NCBI GenBank assembly: GCA_017616165.1
Contig: JAFZYR010000027.1
Coordinates: 11,520-75,519 of the forward strand
Length of the DNA stretch: 64,000 bases
Direction of reading: 5' to 3'
From: Treponema sp.
GTDB lineage: Bacteria; Spirochaetota; Spirochaetia; Treponematales; Treponemataceae
Made by a program: the position numbers and the translations under genes. The notes under the pieces are model-generated. The model was not told where the DNA came from, made no database searches, and saw nothing but the letters and a program-made list of their open reading frames with translations. Positions 9,365 through 19,487 of the stretch are shown in pieces; the stretch's first letter is position 1, and each line of letters starts with the position of its first letter.

Positions 9365-10468
9365 TTACCTTATAAACATACAGTCCCCGTAGGAGAAAAA
9401 GCGATATCTATTTTCCACTGCGGTTTTGTATGCGTTGAGTATATTTTCGCGGCCGGCAAAGGCAGACACTAACATGATGAGTGTACTTTCCGGTGTGTGA
9501 AAGTTTGTAAACATTTTGTCTACGACCTTAAACTCATAGCCCGGGTACATAAAAATGCTGGTTGATGAAGTGCCGGCACGAACCCATTCGCGCCCTTCGA
9601 GAGCCTCAGGGACCCCGCGAGCTTGTGGTCCCTGAGGCTCTCGAAGGGCCGCAACAGCTTGTGCCGCACTCTCCAATGTTCTTACACTTGTAGTACCAAC
9701 TGCAAGGATCGGGCGGCCTTCCCTTTTGGCTTTATTTATGGCTTCTGTAGTTTCTACTGGAATTGTATACCATTCCTCATGCATTTTGTGATTTTCAATA
9801 TTTTCTTCGCGGACCGGAAGAAAGGTTCCAAGTCCTACATGCAATGTAACAAAACGTCTTTCAATTCCTTTGGCATCAAGGCGTGCAAGCATCTCGTTGG
9901 TAAAATGCAAGCCTGCTGTAGGACAAGCCGCACTTCCTGTATCTGTAGCATAAACATTCTGGTAGCGTTCGCTGTCTTCTTCGGTGTCTCCGCGTCGGAT
10001 ATATGGCGGAAGCGGAATGTGGCCGTTACGCTCAAACCAGTCTTCATTTATTGCAAAATCAAATTTGAGGGCACGGAATTCTGTACCGGCATTCCCTTCG
10101 TGTTCAATGATTGTTGCAATTGTACCATCCGGAAACTTATACCTCATGCCTGGCTTCTGTTTTTTGGCAGATTTTACCATTGTGTTCCATACACAGCATT
10201 CACGGTCAATTGTATTAAGAAACATAAACTCGGTTTCGCGGCCGGTAGTTTCTTTTATTCCATAGACACGGGCACGGCGTACACGGCTGTTATTAAAAAT
10301 CATGAGGGTGCCAGGTTCAATCAAATCCGGAAGGTCATCCATCATGTGATGTTCAACCTGGCCGGTAACGCGGTTCAAAAGCATGAGCTTATCCTGTCCG
10401 CGTACACCGCTTGGATGCTGTGCAATTAATTCTTCAGGCAAATCAAAATTAAAATCAGAAGTTAGCAT
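9365..10468 (-). CDS. queA: S-adenosylmethionine:tRNA ribosyltransferase-isomerase
   Basis: DFNFDLPEELIAQ, PLPPYI, ERYQNVY, PTAGLHF, TLHVGLGTF, AVGTTSVR, YRFFSYGD. Confidence 0.97.
   Translation of the reverse strand: MLTSDFNFDLPEELIAQHPSGVRGQDKLMLLNRVTGQVEHHMMDDLPDLIEPGTLMIFNNSRVRRARVYGIKETTGRETEFMFLNTIDRECCVWNTMVKSAKKQKPGMRYKFPDGTIATIIEHEGNAGTEFRALKFDFAINEDWFERNGHIPLPPYIRRGDTEEDSERYQNVYATDTGSAACPTAGLHFTNEMLARLDAKGIERRFVTLHVGLGTFLPVREENIENHKMHEEWYTIPVETTEAINKAKREGRPILAVGTTSVRTLESAAQAVAALREPQGPQARGVPEALEGREWVRAGTSSTSIFMYPGYEFKVVDKMFTNFHTPESTLIMLVSAFAGRENILNAYKTAVENRYRFFSYGDCMFIR
9592..9649. repeat. REP-like family B perfect 23-bp inverted doublet, in frame inside queA
   Basis: GCCCTTCGAGAGCCTCAGGGACC / GGTCCCTGAGGCTCTCGAAGGGC, 12-nt spacer. 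Confidence 0.92.
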
Positions 10469-10511
10469 GAAGATAATCTAGCACAAAATCAAACTTTGTG
10501 AAACCGTGGTG

Positions 10512-11657
10512 TTATTTTACAGAGCGGACTAAGCGGATGCCGGCATTTCCGCCATAATCAGGCTGACCGTAATCTTCTCTATAATACACAGAACATCTAT
10601 CTCCATAAGAACCCCAGGATCCGCCTCTGCGAACTCGTCTCGTTGTATTTTCACTTTCAGCCGGTCCAAGAGGATCTGTTACTGTATTACCGCTGTCACC
10701 TGCGTTAACCCTGGAATCATACCAGTCCCAGCACCATTCCATCACATTACCGCTCATATCGTATATACCAAGAGCATTTGGAGATTTTTTCCCAACCTGA
10801 TGTGTTCCATAACCCGGATTACCATTTCCTACAGAAGTACTATTTGACGCTCCTCCGCCAAGATTGTATGTATACCAGCCTATTGTATCAAGACCTGTAT
10901 TTATGTGATCACCAGCATTAGATCCAGCAGCCTTATCTGCACCACTAAAAAAATAATTCCAGGCGGAAGCATCCGGATTTCCACCACGAGCAGCATATTC
11001 CCATTCAGCTTCGGTGGGAAGTCGGTAACCATCAGCATCTTTAACAAGGCTTACTGTCGCAGCAGTTATATGATGGTTTATATCTACTTTTGTAATTGTA
11101 ATTGTATATGCAGGCTTAAGTCCTGTTTTCTGGCTTAAAAGATTACAAAAATAAACTGCATCGAACCAGGTTATATTATCTGCAGGGCGGTATTTTTGAG
11201 TTTCTCCAGCTGCAATTGTGAAAGTACCTGTTTCTTTGTGCTTAAAAGGTTCCGCATCCAGAGTATATTCTTTATCACCTACAGTAACCTTCTGGTTGGT
11301 CATTATTGTTGTATAAAGTTCCTGAGTTACTTCATATTTACTCATTACAAAAGGACTGAGTTTTACATTTCGTCCGGAAATAAAAACCCCACGATAGTCT
11401 GAACTATAAAGATTTGTACTGCCGGTGACTGCAACACCATTGTTACCAGTGACATAAATCTGTTCGGTCTTTTCATATTGTGTACCATCAATTTCTATCT
11501 TAGAAATTGATGTTTCTCCGGCCTTGAATTTTTGTCCGGAACCGCCAGATGAACCTCCATTAGAACCTGAATTTTTATCAGGAACTAAACCAATTTTGCA
11601 GGAAGCAAGGATTAATGAGGCAAAAGCCAGAACAATGAGCCAACCAGTTTTTTTCAT
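10512..11657 (-). CDS. FGE-sulfatase (SUMF1, C-type lectin fold) domain lipoprotein
   Basis: Start after AAGGAG; lipobox LASC; YRLPTEAEWEYAARGG, NALGIYDMSGNVMEWCWD, RGGSW, GIRLVR. Confidence 0.9.
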   Translation of the reverse strand: MKKTGWLIVLAFASLILASCKIGLVPDKNSGSNGGSSGGSGQKFKAGETSISKIEIDGTQYEKTEQIYVTGNNGVAVTGSTNLYSSDYRGVFISGRNVKLSPFVMSKYEVTQELYTTIMTNQKVTVGDKEYTLDAEPFKHKETGTFTIAAGETQKYRPADNITWFDAVYFCNLLSQKTGLKPAYTITITKVDINHHITAATVSLVKDADGYRLPTEAEWEYAARGGNPDASAWNYFFSGADKAAGSNAGDHINTGLDTIGWYTYNLGGGASNSTSVGNGNPGYGTHQVGKKSPNALGIYDMSGNVMEWCWDWYDSRVNAGDSGNTVTDPLGPAESENTTRRVRRGGSWGSYGDRCSVYYREDYGQPDYGGNAGIRLVRSVK

Positions 11658-11737
11658 GTTTAATCTCCTTAACATTTTAGTATTATCTAACAATTAAATG
11701 AATGGAGATTGAATAAGTTACAGGAAGAGAGCTGTTT

Positions 11738-12352
11738 CTAGGCCTTTAACCAGCCCTGTTCAATTGCGTTGTCAATATTTTTAACTACCCATTTATAAAC
11801 TTCGGGCATAAATTCGCGGATTACGGCCATCCGTTTTTCTACATTGGCGCGACAGGTTCCGGTTCCTATCCAGGTGTGACCTTTGGTCAAAGTATTGTGC
11901 AAAAATGGCTGTAGACGGTCCATGCACGCAGCGTATTTAGCATCGTTTGTCTGCATGGCATCAAACTCTTCCCAAAGAGCACGAAGCTCACTACCCTGTT
12001 CTTGTGGCAGCTGAGCAAAAAGCTTGTCAGCAGCAGCCGTTTCTCGTTCTGCCTTATCTTTATTTCCAACCGGGTCGTAGGCAAAGGTGTCGCCTGCATA
12101 TATTTCTATTAAATCGTGAACAAGACACATTTTTACAGCACGTTCAACATTAACAGGCGCAACACAGTACTCTTTAAAGTACAAAGCCATAACCGCAATG
12201 TGCCAGGAATGCTCGGCATCATTCTCGCGACGGCTTTCATCTAACAACAGTGTACGACGAAGAACGCCTGTCATTTTATCAATTTGAGCTGTAAACTTGA
12301 GCTGCTGGTCCAGACGCAGATTATTACTGCAAAGAAAATCATCAATTGCCAT
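11738..12352 (-). CDS. HD-domain hydrolase (YfbR/HDDC2-like)
   Basis: ENDAEHSWH, LVHDLIEIYAGDT, DRLQP; start MAIDD overlaps the upstream gene end. Confidence 0.88.
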   Translation of the reverse strand: MAIDDFLCSNNLRLDQQLKFTAQIDKMTGVLRRTLLLDESRRENDAEHSWHIAVMALYFKEYCVAPVNVERAVKMCLVHDLIEIYAGDTFAYDPVGNKDKAERETAAADKLFAQLPQEQGSELRALWEEFDAMQTNDAKYAACMDRLQPFLHNTLTKGHTWIGTGTCRANVEKRMAVIREFMPEVYKWVVKNIDNAIEQGWLKA

Positions 12353-13361
12353 TACTCTTCCTTCTTGTTTCCGCCGGACATTTATGCGGCATACCGGGTC
12401 CATACTGACAGCGCGGACAATTAAAGCATTTTACAAAAGGCTTTCCTTCAAGAACTGCTTCACAAAAAGCGGGATCAGCAAGAACTGCACGTCCTAAATC
12501 GACAGTATCAACAAGATCATTTTCAATCAGATATTTTGCAAGCTCTGGTTCTAAAATTGTATTTACACAGGAAACAGGGACGCGATCCTTAAAATGTTTG
12601 TGAAACAAAACCCCTGCCTTGCATATTAAATTATAAGGCTCGCCTTCTTCCTTTAATGACGGATCATCCCATTCAATTCCTGTAGAAACCTGAAGATAAT
12701 TACAGCTAACCTTTACATATTCTTCTGCTATTTTAATTGCGGTTGCAACATCCGGTTCAATACCTGCAGTTCTTATAGAAATTATAAAATCCTCTCCGCA
12801 CGCTTTGCGAACTCCTTTTATAATTTCAACTCCAAAGCGCGCACGGTTTTCTTCTGTTCCGCCATATTCATCTGTACGGTGATTTGTTTTTTTAGAAATA
12901 AACTGATTAATTAAATATCCATGACATCCATGAAGCTGTACACCATCATAACCAGCCTTTTTAGCACGAACAGCGGCTTCTACAAAAGCAGTTTCCATCT
13001 GATGGATCTGCTCCACTGTCATTTCGGTTGCCATTGTATCTGAACCTTTGTGATTTATCTGGATTATCACAACTGCACCATTTTCGTGACAGGCCTGAAC
13101 AATCTGACGGTGACCTTCTATCTGTTCATCTTCCCAAAGTCCCATGTGAGTCGGGCAGAATCGTCCGTCTGGTGTAACGGCAGTTGCTTCTACACAAATA
13201 AGTCCTGCACCATGAGCCGCACGCTCGCGGTAATGTTCAATATGTTTTTGGGTTGCTTTTCCATCAGGTCCTGCATAATCAAACTTTACAGTTGGCGCCA
13301 TTGTAAGACGGTTTTTTATAATTGTTTTGTTAATGGTAATTGGTTCGTTGACGTTTGACAT
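12342..13361 (-). CDS. NADH:flavin oxidoreductase (old yellow enzyme family)
   Basis: KNRLTMAP, GYDGVQLHGCHGYLINQF, RTDEYGG, GRAVLADP; ATG overlaps the ruvB stop (TAATG). Confidence 0.9.
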   Translation of the reverse strand: MSNVNEPITINKTIIKNRLTMAPTVKFDYAGPDGKATQKHIEHYRERAAHGAGLICVEATAVTPDGRFCPTHMGLWEDEQIEGHRQIVQACHENGAVVIIQINHKGSDTMATEMTVEQIHQMETAFVEAAVRAKKAGYDGVQLHGCHGYLINQFISKKTNHRTDEYGGTEENRARFGVEIIKGVRKACGEDFIISIRTAGIEPDVATAIKIAEEYVKVSCNYLQVSTGIEWDDPSLKEEGEPYNLICKAGVLFHKHFKDRVPVSCVNTILEPELAKYLIENDLVDTVDLGRAVLADPAFCEAVLEGKPFVKCFNCPRCQYGPGMPHKCPAETRRKSNGN

Positions 13362-14419
13362 TAAAACAAACTCCCCTGTGCACCACCATCCTTGGAATCG
13401 GCAGCGTGTGTGAGCCCCAGATGTGTGTATGCTTTTTCTGTAACCATACGGCCCCGCGGAGTTCTCTGAAGAAGCCCGCACTGAATCAGATAAGGCTCGT
13501 AGTAATCTTCCAGGGTATCCATACTTTCGCCGATTGAAATTGCAAGGGTTTCTGCTCCTACAGGGCCACCGCCAAAGTTTTCTATAATTGAACGAAGGAT
13601 TTCCCTGTCGTATTTTTCAAGGCCAATGCCGTCAATTTCAAGGCGCTTAAGTCCATCATCAACAAGATCAACTGTAATCGTATTGCTGCCTGCAACCTGT
13701 GCAAAGTCTCGCATACGGCGCAAAACCCTGTTTGCAACACGAGGTGTTCCACGGCAGCACTGAGCCAAAAGCATTGCGGCATCTGCGTCTATTCCAACCT
13801 CCAGAATGGAAGCAGAACGTTTTATAATTGCAGCAAGCTCTTCCTGAGAATAAAACTCAAAGCGCGGAATAAAGCCAAAGCGTGAGCGCAGCGGAGAGCT
13901 TACACTACCTGCCTTTGTTGTAGCGCCAACAAGTGTAAAAGGCGGAATTGGAATGCGCACAGTACGGGCAGCAGCCCCCTGACCAATAATCCAGTCCAGC
14001 TCAAAATCCTCCATGGCAATATAAAGCATTTCTTCTATTGCCGGCTTTAAACGGTGAATTTCATCTATAAAGAAAACTGTGCGTGGAGTTATTGTACTTA
14101 AGATTCCTGCAAGATCCTTTGGTTTTTCAAGAGCAGGAGCTGAGGTAACCTTAAAATCTACACCAAGCTCGTGGGCAGTAATCTGTGCAAGAGTTGTTTT
14201 TCCAAGACCCGGCGGGCCAATGAGCAGAAGGTGATCAAGCGGTTCTTCGCGGAACTTTGCAGCCTCTATAAAAGTAGAAAGATTTTTCTTTACACTCTCC
14301 TGCCCAAGAAAATCCTTGAGCATTACAGGACGAAGCTTATTGTCCTGCTCGTCAAAAGAGTCCTTCAAATCGGCACGAACTATTGCAGAAAAATCGGTTG
14401 AAAAATCCTGATCACTCAT
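13361..14419 (-). CDS. ruvB: Holliday junction branch migration helicase RuvB
   Basis: GPPGLGKTTLA, FIDEIHRL, LVGATT, RGTPRVANR, QRTPRGR. Confidence 0.98.
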   Translation of the reverse strand: MSDQDFSTDFSAIVRADLKDSFDEQDNKLRPVMLKDFLGQESVKKNLSTFIEAAKFREEPLDHLLLIGPPGLGKTTLAQITAHELGVDFKVTSAPALEKPKDLAGILSTITPRTVFFIDEIHRLKPAIEEMLYIAMEDFELDWIIGQGAAARTVRIPIPPFTLVGATTKAGSVSSPLRSRFGFIPRFEFYSQEELAAIIKRSASILEVGIDADAAMLLAQCCRGTPRVANRVLRRMRDFAQVAGSNTITVDLVDDGLKRLEIDGIGLEKYDREILRSIIENFGGGPVGAETLAISIGESMDTLEDYYEPYLIQCGLLQRTPRGRMVTEKAYTHLGLTHAADSKDGGAQGSLF

Positions 14420-14478
14420 AGCTTTGATTATAGCATAATATCGCTTAAAGTTATATAGTTATTTTATGGAGGATTACA

Positions 14479-15063
14479 ATGAAGGCAGCAGTATTTTTTG
14501 CAGATGGATTTGAAGATATAGAGGCTCTTAGCCCGGTTGATTATATGCGCAGGGCTGGAATTGAAGTTATTACAGTTGGTGTAAAGGGCACACCCTTTAA
14601 CGCTACAATGATTGTAACCAGCTCTCACAAGGTTCCAATGATTATGGATACAACCCTGGATGCCTTCTTAAAAGACTATGCAGATGAGCTTCCGGACTGT
14701 GTTGTATGCCCGGGCGGTGGTCTTGGTGCTCAAAACCTTAGTGAAAATGAAACACTTCTTGCATATCTTGAAAAATGCAATGCCAGTGGAAAGCTTGTTG
14801 CTGCTCTTTGTGCATCTCCGGCAGTAGTTCTTGGAAAAACAAACATATTAAAGGATAAAAAATGGACCTGTTATCCTGGAATGCAGGACAATGCAAGGCC
14901 TGAATATCAGGGTAATTATTCAAACCAGGTATTTATTACAGACGGAACTCTTGTTACAGGAAGAGGTCCCGGAGCCAGTGAGCAGTTTGCCATGGAGCTT
15001 GTAAGGATTCTTGCAGGACAGGAAACCTGGGAAAAGATTCACACAGGCTCCTGTCAGCGTTAG
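14479..15063 (+). CDS. DJ-1/YajL/ThiJ family protein
   Basis: ADGFEDIEA, PGG, ALCASP, TCYPG, TGRGPG. Confidence 0.9.
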   Translation: MKAAVFFADGFEDIEALSPVDYMRRAGIEVITVGVKGTPFNATMIVTSSHKVPMIMDTTLDAFLKDYADELPDCVVCPGGGLGAQNLSENETLLAYLEKCNASGKLVAALCASPAVVLGKTNILKDKKWTCYPGMQDNARPEYQGNYSNQVFITDGTLVTGRGPGASEQFAMELVRILAGQETWEKIHTGSCQR

Positions 15064-15064
15064 T

Positions 15065-17647
15065 TTAATCCAACACAAGGTTATCAAGGTTCAGCTCCGG
15101 AGTATCTGCATCCTCCATCTGAACCTTAAAGGTGCGTTCTGCTGCCTTTGTAGAAACCTGCTGTTTATTAATTGTTCCGATTGCTTCTACAGACCAGGTG
15201 TATTCATCATTATCTGCAACAAGACTCAAATTGCCAGAAGACAATGTAAATTTATTTGTATTTACTGTTCTGCTTACAAGCACCTTGCCGCTTGAATTCT
15301 TAATTACAAATTTATAGCTTGTTGCACCGTTAACCTTATTCCAGGTAAAGTCAATTTTTGGTGTAGAAGTATCAAAATCTTCTTCGGTAAAGGTCTTTGA
15401 CTGTGCAGGACCCGAAAGATTTGGAGTAATAGCAGCAAATGCAACTGCGGCCGGATCGGTAACCGGAGCAGCTTGCTGAGCAGTAGTTGTTTCTTCTTCA
15501 ATAGCAGGAGCTTCTTCTTCGGCCTTACGCTCTTCTTCTGCTTTACGAGCTTCTTCTGCAAGTCTTGCCTCTTCTGCTTTACGGGCTTCTTCGACTTGGC
15601 GTGCTTCTTCGGCTTTACGCTCCTCTTCAGCCTTTCTAGCTTCTTCTGCTATACGTGCTTCTTCGGCCTTTCTAGCTTCCTCTGCTGCACGTGCTTCTTC
15701 GGCCTTTTTAGCTTCCTCTGCTATACGTGCTTCTTCTGCTTTTCTAGCCTCTTCTGCCTTACGTGCTTCCTCAGCCTTTCTGGCCTCTTCAGCTTTACGG
15801 GCTTCCTCAGCCTTTCTAGCCTCTTCTGCCTTACGGGCTTCCTCAGCCTTTCTAGCCTCTTCTGCCTTGCGTGCTTCTTCTGCTTTTCGCGCAGCCTCTT
15901 CGGCCTTACGCTTTTCTTCTGCCTTGCGTGCAGTTTCCTCAGCCTTACGCTTTTCTTCTGCCTTGCGTGCAGCTTCCTCGGCCTTACGTTTTTCTTCTGC
16001 CTTACGCTTTTCTTCGGCAAGACGCTTTTCTTCTGCTTTTCGTTTTTCTTCGGCTATGCGGGCTTCTTCGGCCTTGCGCTTTTCTTCTGCAATTCTAGCT
16101 TCCTCTGCAAGCCTTGCCTCTTCTGCCTTTCTAAGCTCTTCGTCTGTTTTACCTGAATGCAAATCCTTTATGCTTTCAAGCTTGTTAGTCTGAGTAACTG
16201 CAGTCTGTTCTTCAGGAGCTTTTGCTTCTTCTACCGGCTTTTCTTCCTGAGCCTGAGTTGCAATAACAGGGGCTGTTTCCAAAAGCTTTTCTTCACTCTT
16301 TTTCTTTTCTACCTGAGTTTCCTGGACTGCTTTGTCAATTTCCTGGGCATAGTCGTTTCCGTAGACAGCAGTAAGTGCATTTTTAAGATTCTTTTCCTTT
16401 GGATTGTGAACTAAAATCTTACCGCTTGGATAAACCTTGGCTGAAGAATATTTTTCTCCGGCAGGAATTGCGCGCCAGTAAATGACATCATTTGCCTTTG
16501 CAAAGCTAAGGAACACCGACGCCTTTTTATCTTTAGACGACAGCGTTGCCGAATCTATGATTGAATTGAATTTTTCACTTGTCGAGAATTCTATGCGGAC
16601 AGAATCTATGTTTGTCCAATAGAATGGAACTGCTTCCTGTGTATCCTTATCCTGAGTAATTGAATAAGAAGCAGGCGGAACAAGAATTGCAAACGAAGCC
16701 TGGCTTGCATCCCTTGCTGTTGATGCCGTACTTGCCGCACCTGTAGTTGTCGCAGCTTTTTGAGTTGTCTGAGCCGGAGCTTCATTTCCGGTTACCTTTG
16801 CTACAATATTACTTGCAGCCTTTTTGGTTCCTTCAACGGTTTTCTTTGCAACATTTCTTACTGCACCAGGAAGAATGGATTCATCGGTCTTTGTTTCAAC
16901 TTCTTCAGGAACAACCTGAACTGTTCTAACCTGACCGGCCCCAATTTCTACAGAAGGAGCAGCGGTTTGAGCTTCTGCACCGGCACCCTTTTCTACAACC
17001 TTCTGCTCACGGACCTTACCGCTTGAAACAAAAATAGTTGCAGTCTGTTTTCCGTCTGAGCCCTTTGTGGTTCCCATACTGAACAGTGCCGAAGTATTTT
17101 TTTCGAGAGTATAAATATTTTCACCAACCTGAATGGCAAGGTCTTGTGTGCGCGAACCGGAATTTAAAGAAACCGAACCACTAATAAAATGAAGAAGATT
17201 GTCGCTGCCAACTCTCATCATGGAATTGGCATGAATTTCCGCAGAACCGGTTTTAATCTGAATAGCCTCTCCATCCTCCATTACAACATGTGCAATATTA
17301 CTTTCAGACTGATCTACTGAATAACCGGCATCCTTAAAAATAAGCTGGGCTTCGGACAAATCTTCGGTAAGAATATAGTCACCCTTGTAAATTGTACTTT
17401 GCAGCTTTAGATATTCCCAGACATTTTCGTGAGAAAGTCGGCGGCGCGGAGATTTTTTCTTAAAGGTAATTGTACCAACAGGTATATCGCTTTCTGTAGC
17501 CAGAGATTTATACAAAAGGTTACGGAAGCAGTACAAGGCACCTGCAATACCTGCGAGACAAATTACAACTGTCAGAAAATCAACAAAGCCATGCCTGCGT
17601 CGGCGGGCACGTTTATTTGCCGATCTTATACTTCTTTTCTTCTTCAT
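15065..17647 (-). CDS. Membrane-anchored FecR-like protein with a TolA-like (EEARKA)n coiled stalk and a C-terminal FN3/Ig-like domain
   Basis: Basic N-terminus plus TM helix; VGTITFKK...GDYILT...SEAQL FecR-like pattern; KAEEAR repeats; FTWNKVNGATSY. Confidence 0.65.
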   Translation of the reverse strand: MKKKRSIRSANKRARRRRHGFVDFLTVVICLAGIAGALYCFRNLLYKSLATESDIPVGTITFKKKSPRRRLSHENVWEYLKLQSTIYKGDYILTEDLSEAQLIFKDAGYSVDQSESNIAHVVMEDGEAIQIKTGSAEIHANSMMRVGSDNLLHFISGSVSLNSGSRTQDLAIQVGENIYTLEKNTSALFSMGTTKGSDGKQTATIFVSSGKVREQKVVEKGAGAEAQTAAPSVEIGAGQVRTVQVVPEEVETKTDESILPGAVRNVAKKTVEGTKKAASNIVAKVTGNEAPAQTTQKAATTTGAASTASTARDASQASFAILVPPASYSITQDKDTQEAVPFYWTNIDSVRIEFSTSEKFNSIIDSATLSSKDKKASVFLSFAKANDVIYWRAIPAGEKYSSAKVYPSGKILVHNPKEKNLKNALTAVYGNDYAQEIDKAVQETQVEKKKSEEKLLETAPVIATQAQEEKPVEEAKAPEEQTAVTQTNKLESIKDLHSGKTDEELRKAEEARLAEEARIAEEKRKAEEARIAEEKRKAEEKRLAEEKRKAEEKRKAEEAARKAEEKRKAEETARKAEEKRKAEEAARKAEEARKAEEARKAEEARKAEEARKAEEARKAEEARKAEEARKAEEARKAEEARIAEEAKKAEEARAAEEARKAEEARIAEEARKAEEERKAEEARQVEEARKAEEARLAEEARKAEEERKAEEEAPAIEEETTTAQQAAPVTDPAAVAFAAITPNLSGPAQSKTFTEEDFDTSTPKIDFTWNKVNGATSYKFVIKNSSGKVLVSRTVNTNKFTLSSGNLSLVADNDEYTWSVEAIGTINKQQVSTKAAERTFKVQMEDADTPELNLDNLVLD
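15520..16140 (-). repeat. Coding tandem repeat of about 18 bp (EEARKA/EEKRKA units)
   Basis: About 30 consecutive hexapeptide-type units in the translation. Confidence 0.9.
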
Positions 17648-19487
17648 CCGTATTTACCTTATCAAGCTCAGGCTCATCCCAGCCAAGGAATTCACGCAGC
17701 TTATGTATATCCTTAGGTCCTTTTATACCCTTTGCATTTACAACAGCGTACATCTTAATAGGATCTGTCTTTCCCTTTACATGAACGCCAGGCATTTCTT
17801 CTGCAATAATTTTATCTTTTACAAGCTTATATGTATTTTCTGTAATCAAAATATCTGTGGCAAAAGGCTTGTTCAAGGCTTCGGTACGGCTGGCAAGGTT
17901 TACAGTATCGCCAATTACCGTATAGTTCATGTGGTCCTCGGAACCAATCTGGCCTGCAACAATAGGACCAGAGTTAATACCACAGCCTATTTTTATTGGA
18001 TTACGTCCATGTGCAATCTGATTTTCATTAAAGTGATACAGGGCAATACGCATCATAAGCGCAGCCTTTACTGCAGCCCAGGCATCTTCTTCAGGCGAAC
18101 CGTTTGTTGTAGCGGCACCCCATACTGCCATAACTGCATCACCAATAAATTTATCTACAATACCGTTGGTCTTGTTTACACAATCTACCATGCGGGTAAA
18201 ATAATCATTCAAAAATTCTACAACCTGTGGCGCGGTCATTTTTTCTGACATTGCTGTAAATGATCGGATATCACTGAAGAATACTGTTGCGTTTTTGTCT
18301 TCACCACCAAGGGTAAGTTCACCGCTGGCTGCCTTTTGGGCAATATCCTTGTTTACGAATTTTGTAAACGTACTCATAAGGCGCTGTCGTTCTTCAAGTC
18401 CGCCTGCCATGTTTATAAAGCGGTCTGTAAGATAACCGATTTCGTCCTTTGTACGAGGGCGCAGATGAATATTGTAATTTCCGCGGTCGATGCTGTTGGT
18501 TGCTTCTACCAGATCTTCAATAGGATTTGTAAGCGAACGGCTGAAAAATCTGATTATCATAATTGCAAGAAAGAATACCGCAACCGAAATTGCAATAATC
18601 CTTAAGGCTGTAAGGTTGATTGCCCTGAGAATTGAAGATTTAGATGTAAGAGTCAAAGCTGTACATACATCGTCCAAAAAGCTTTTGCGGATATATATCC
18701 AGTCATTGTTCTGACTGTCGGTAAATAAATACTGTGTACCCGAGCTGTTTTCAAGAATTTCTGTGGCAATTTCGAACGAAGGAACAAGTCCTGCATCCAG
18801 TACTGTCTGATTATCCTCGTAAATAAGAGGCTCCCCTCTTTTGTTTACTACATAGGTCACATTTGTGTTTCCAAAACAGGTTTCCTTAAGGTCTTCTACA
18901 TCATAGGCAACACAAACAAAGCTCTTGTTATGCGGGAACATTGTACCAAGGGTATAGTCGCGGTTGAAAACATCCTTAAGGTCCATAATGTCTATGTAGC
19001 CCGAATTAACCGAAGCCTTTACAAAAGGATTTTTCTTGAGCCAGGCTTCAAAAACAGTTTTGGCATTTGGATAAATATTTGAAAAAGCTTTGGAAGCTCT
19101 GTAGCCGAATTCCTGGCTGTACACAAAAAGAATAGCTTCATTGGTTTCGAAAAGCTCATTGTAAAAATAGTCTGCTTCTTCTTCAAAGTGCTTGTCATCC
19201 TTAATAAAAGACATAACATTAAGGAAATTGCCTGTGCTTACCTGAATATTCTGGAGCTGAGTCTGAACGGCATTTGCAGTAGTTTCATTCAGGGAATATG
19301 TATTTGCCTTTGCGCTTGAACTCTGATCCTTTGCAAACAGAATGTAAATAATGGCAACTGTTATTCCCAGAACAAAAATAACGAGACTTGAAAAAATTGA
19401 ACCAAGCTTTACGCCGATTGGATGACGTACCTTAATTCTCTTTTTCTTGATTTTCTTCTTTTCATTTTCTTCTAATTTGTCTTTCAT
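17613..19487 (-). CDS. Class III adenylate/guanylate cyclase with periplasmic sensor and HAMP domain
   Basis: Two TM helices, HAMP (DEIGYL), FSDIRSFT, DKFIGDAVMAVWG, GDTVNLASR, VKGK. Confidence 0.93.
   Translation of the reverse strand: MKDKLEENEKKKIKKKRIKVRHPIGVKLGSIFSSLVIFVLGITVAIIYILFAKDQSSSAKANTYSLNETTANAVQTQLQNIQVSTGNFLNVMSFIKDDKHFEEEADYFYNELFETNEAILFVYSQEFGYRASKAFSNIYPNAKTVFEAWLKKNPFVKASVNSGYIDIMDLKDVFNRDYTLGTMFPHNKSFVCVAYDVEDLKETCFGNTNVTYVVNKRGEPLIYEDNQTVLDAGLVPSFEIATEILENSSGTQYLFTDSQNNDWIYIRKSFLDDVCTALTLTSKSSILRAINLTALRIIAISVAVFFLAIMIIRFFSRSLTNPIEDLVEATNSIDRGNYNIHLRPRTKDEIGYLTDRFINMAGGLEERQRLMSTFTKFVNKDIAQKAASGELTLGGEDKNATVFFSDIRSFTAMSEKMTAPQVVEFLNDYFTRMVDCVNKTNGIVDKFIGDAVMAVWGAATTNGSPEEDAWAAVKAALMMRIALYHFNENQIAHGRNPIKIGCGINSGPIVAGQIGSEDHMNYTVIGDTVNLASRTEALNKPFATDILITENTYKLVKDKIIAEEMPGVHVKGKTDPIKMYAVVNAKGIKGPKDIHKLREFLGWDEPELDKVNTDEEEKKYKIGK

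Noticed and set aside
9623-10429. 268-aa antisense ORF over queA
   Set aside because: It is a shadow ORF with no recognisable motifs.
13361-14419. ruvB without adjacent ruvA
   Set aside because: Split ruv genes are not unusual, and the rest of the genome is not visible.
15473-16193. Long antisense and alternative-frame ORFs over the EEARKA region
   Set aside because: They are a by-product of low-complexity coding repeats.
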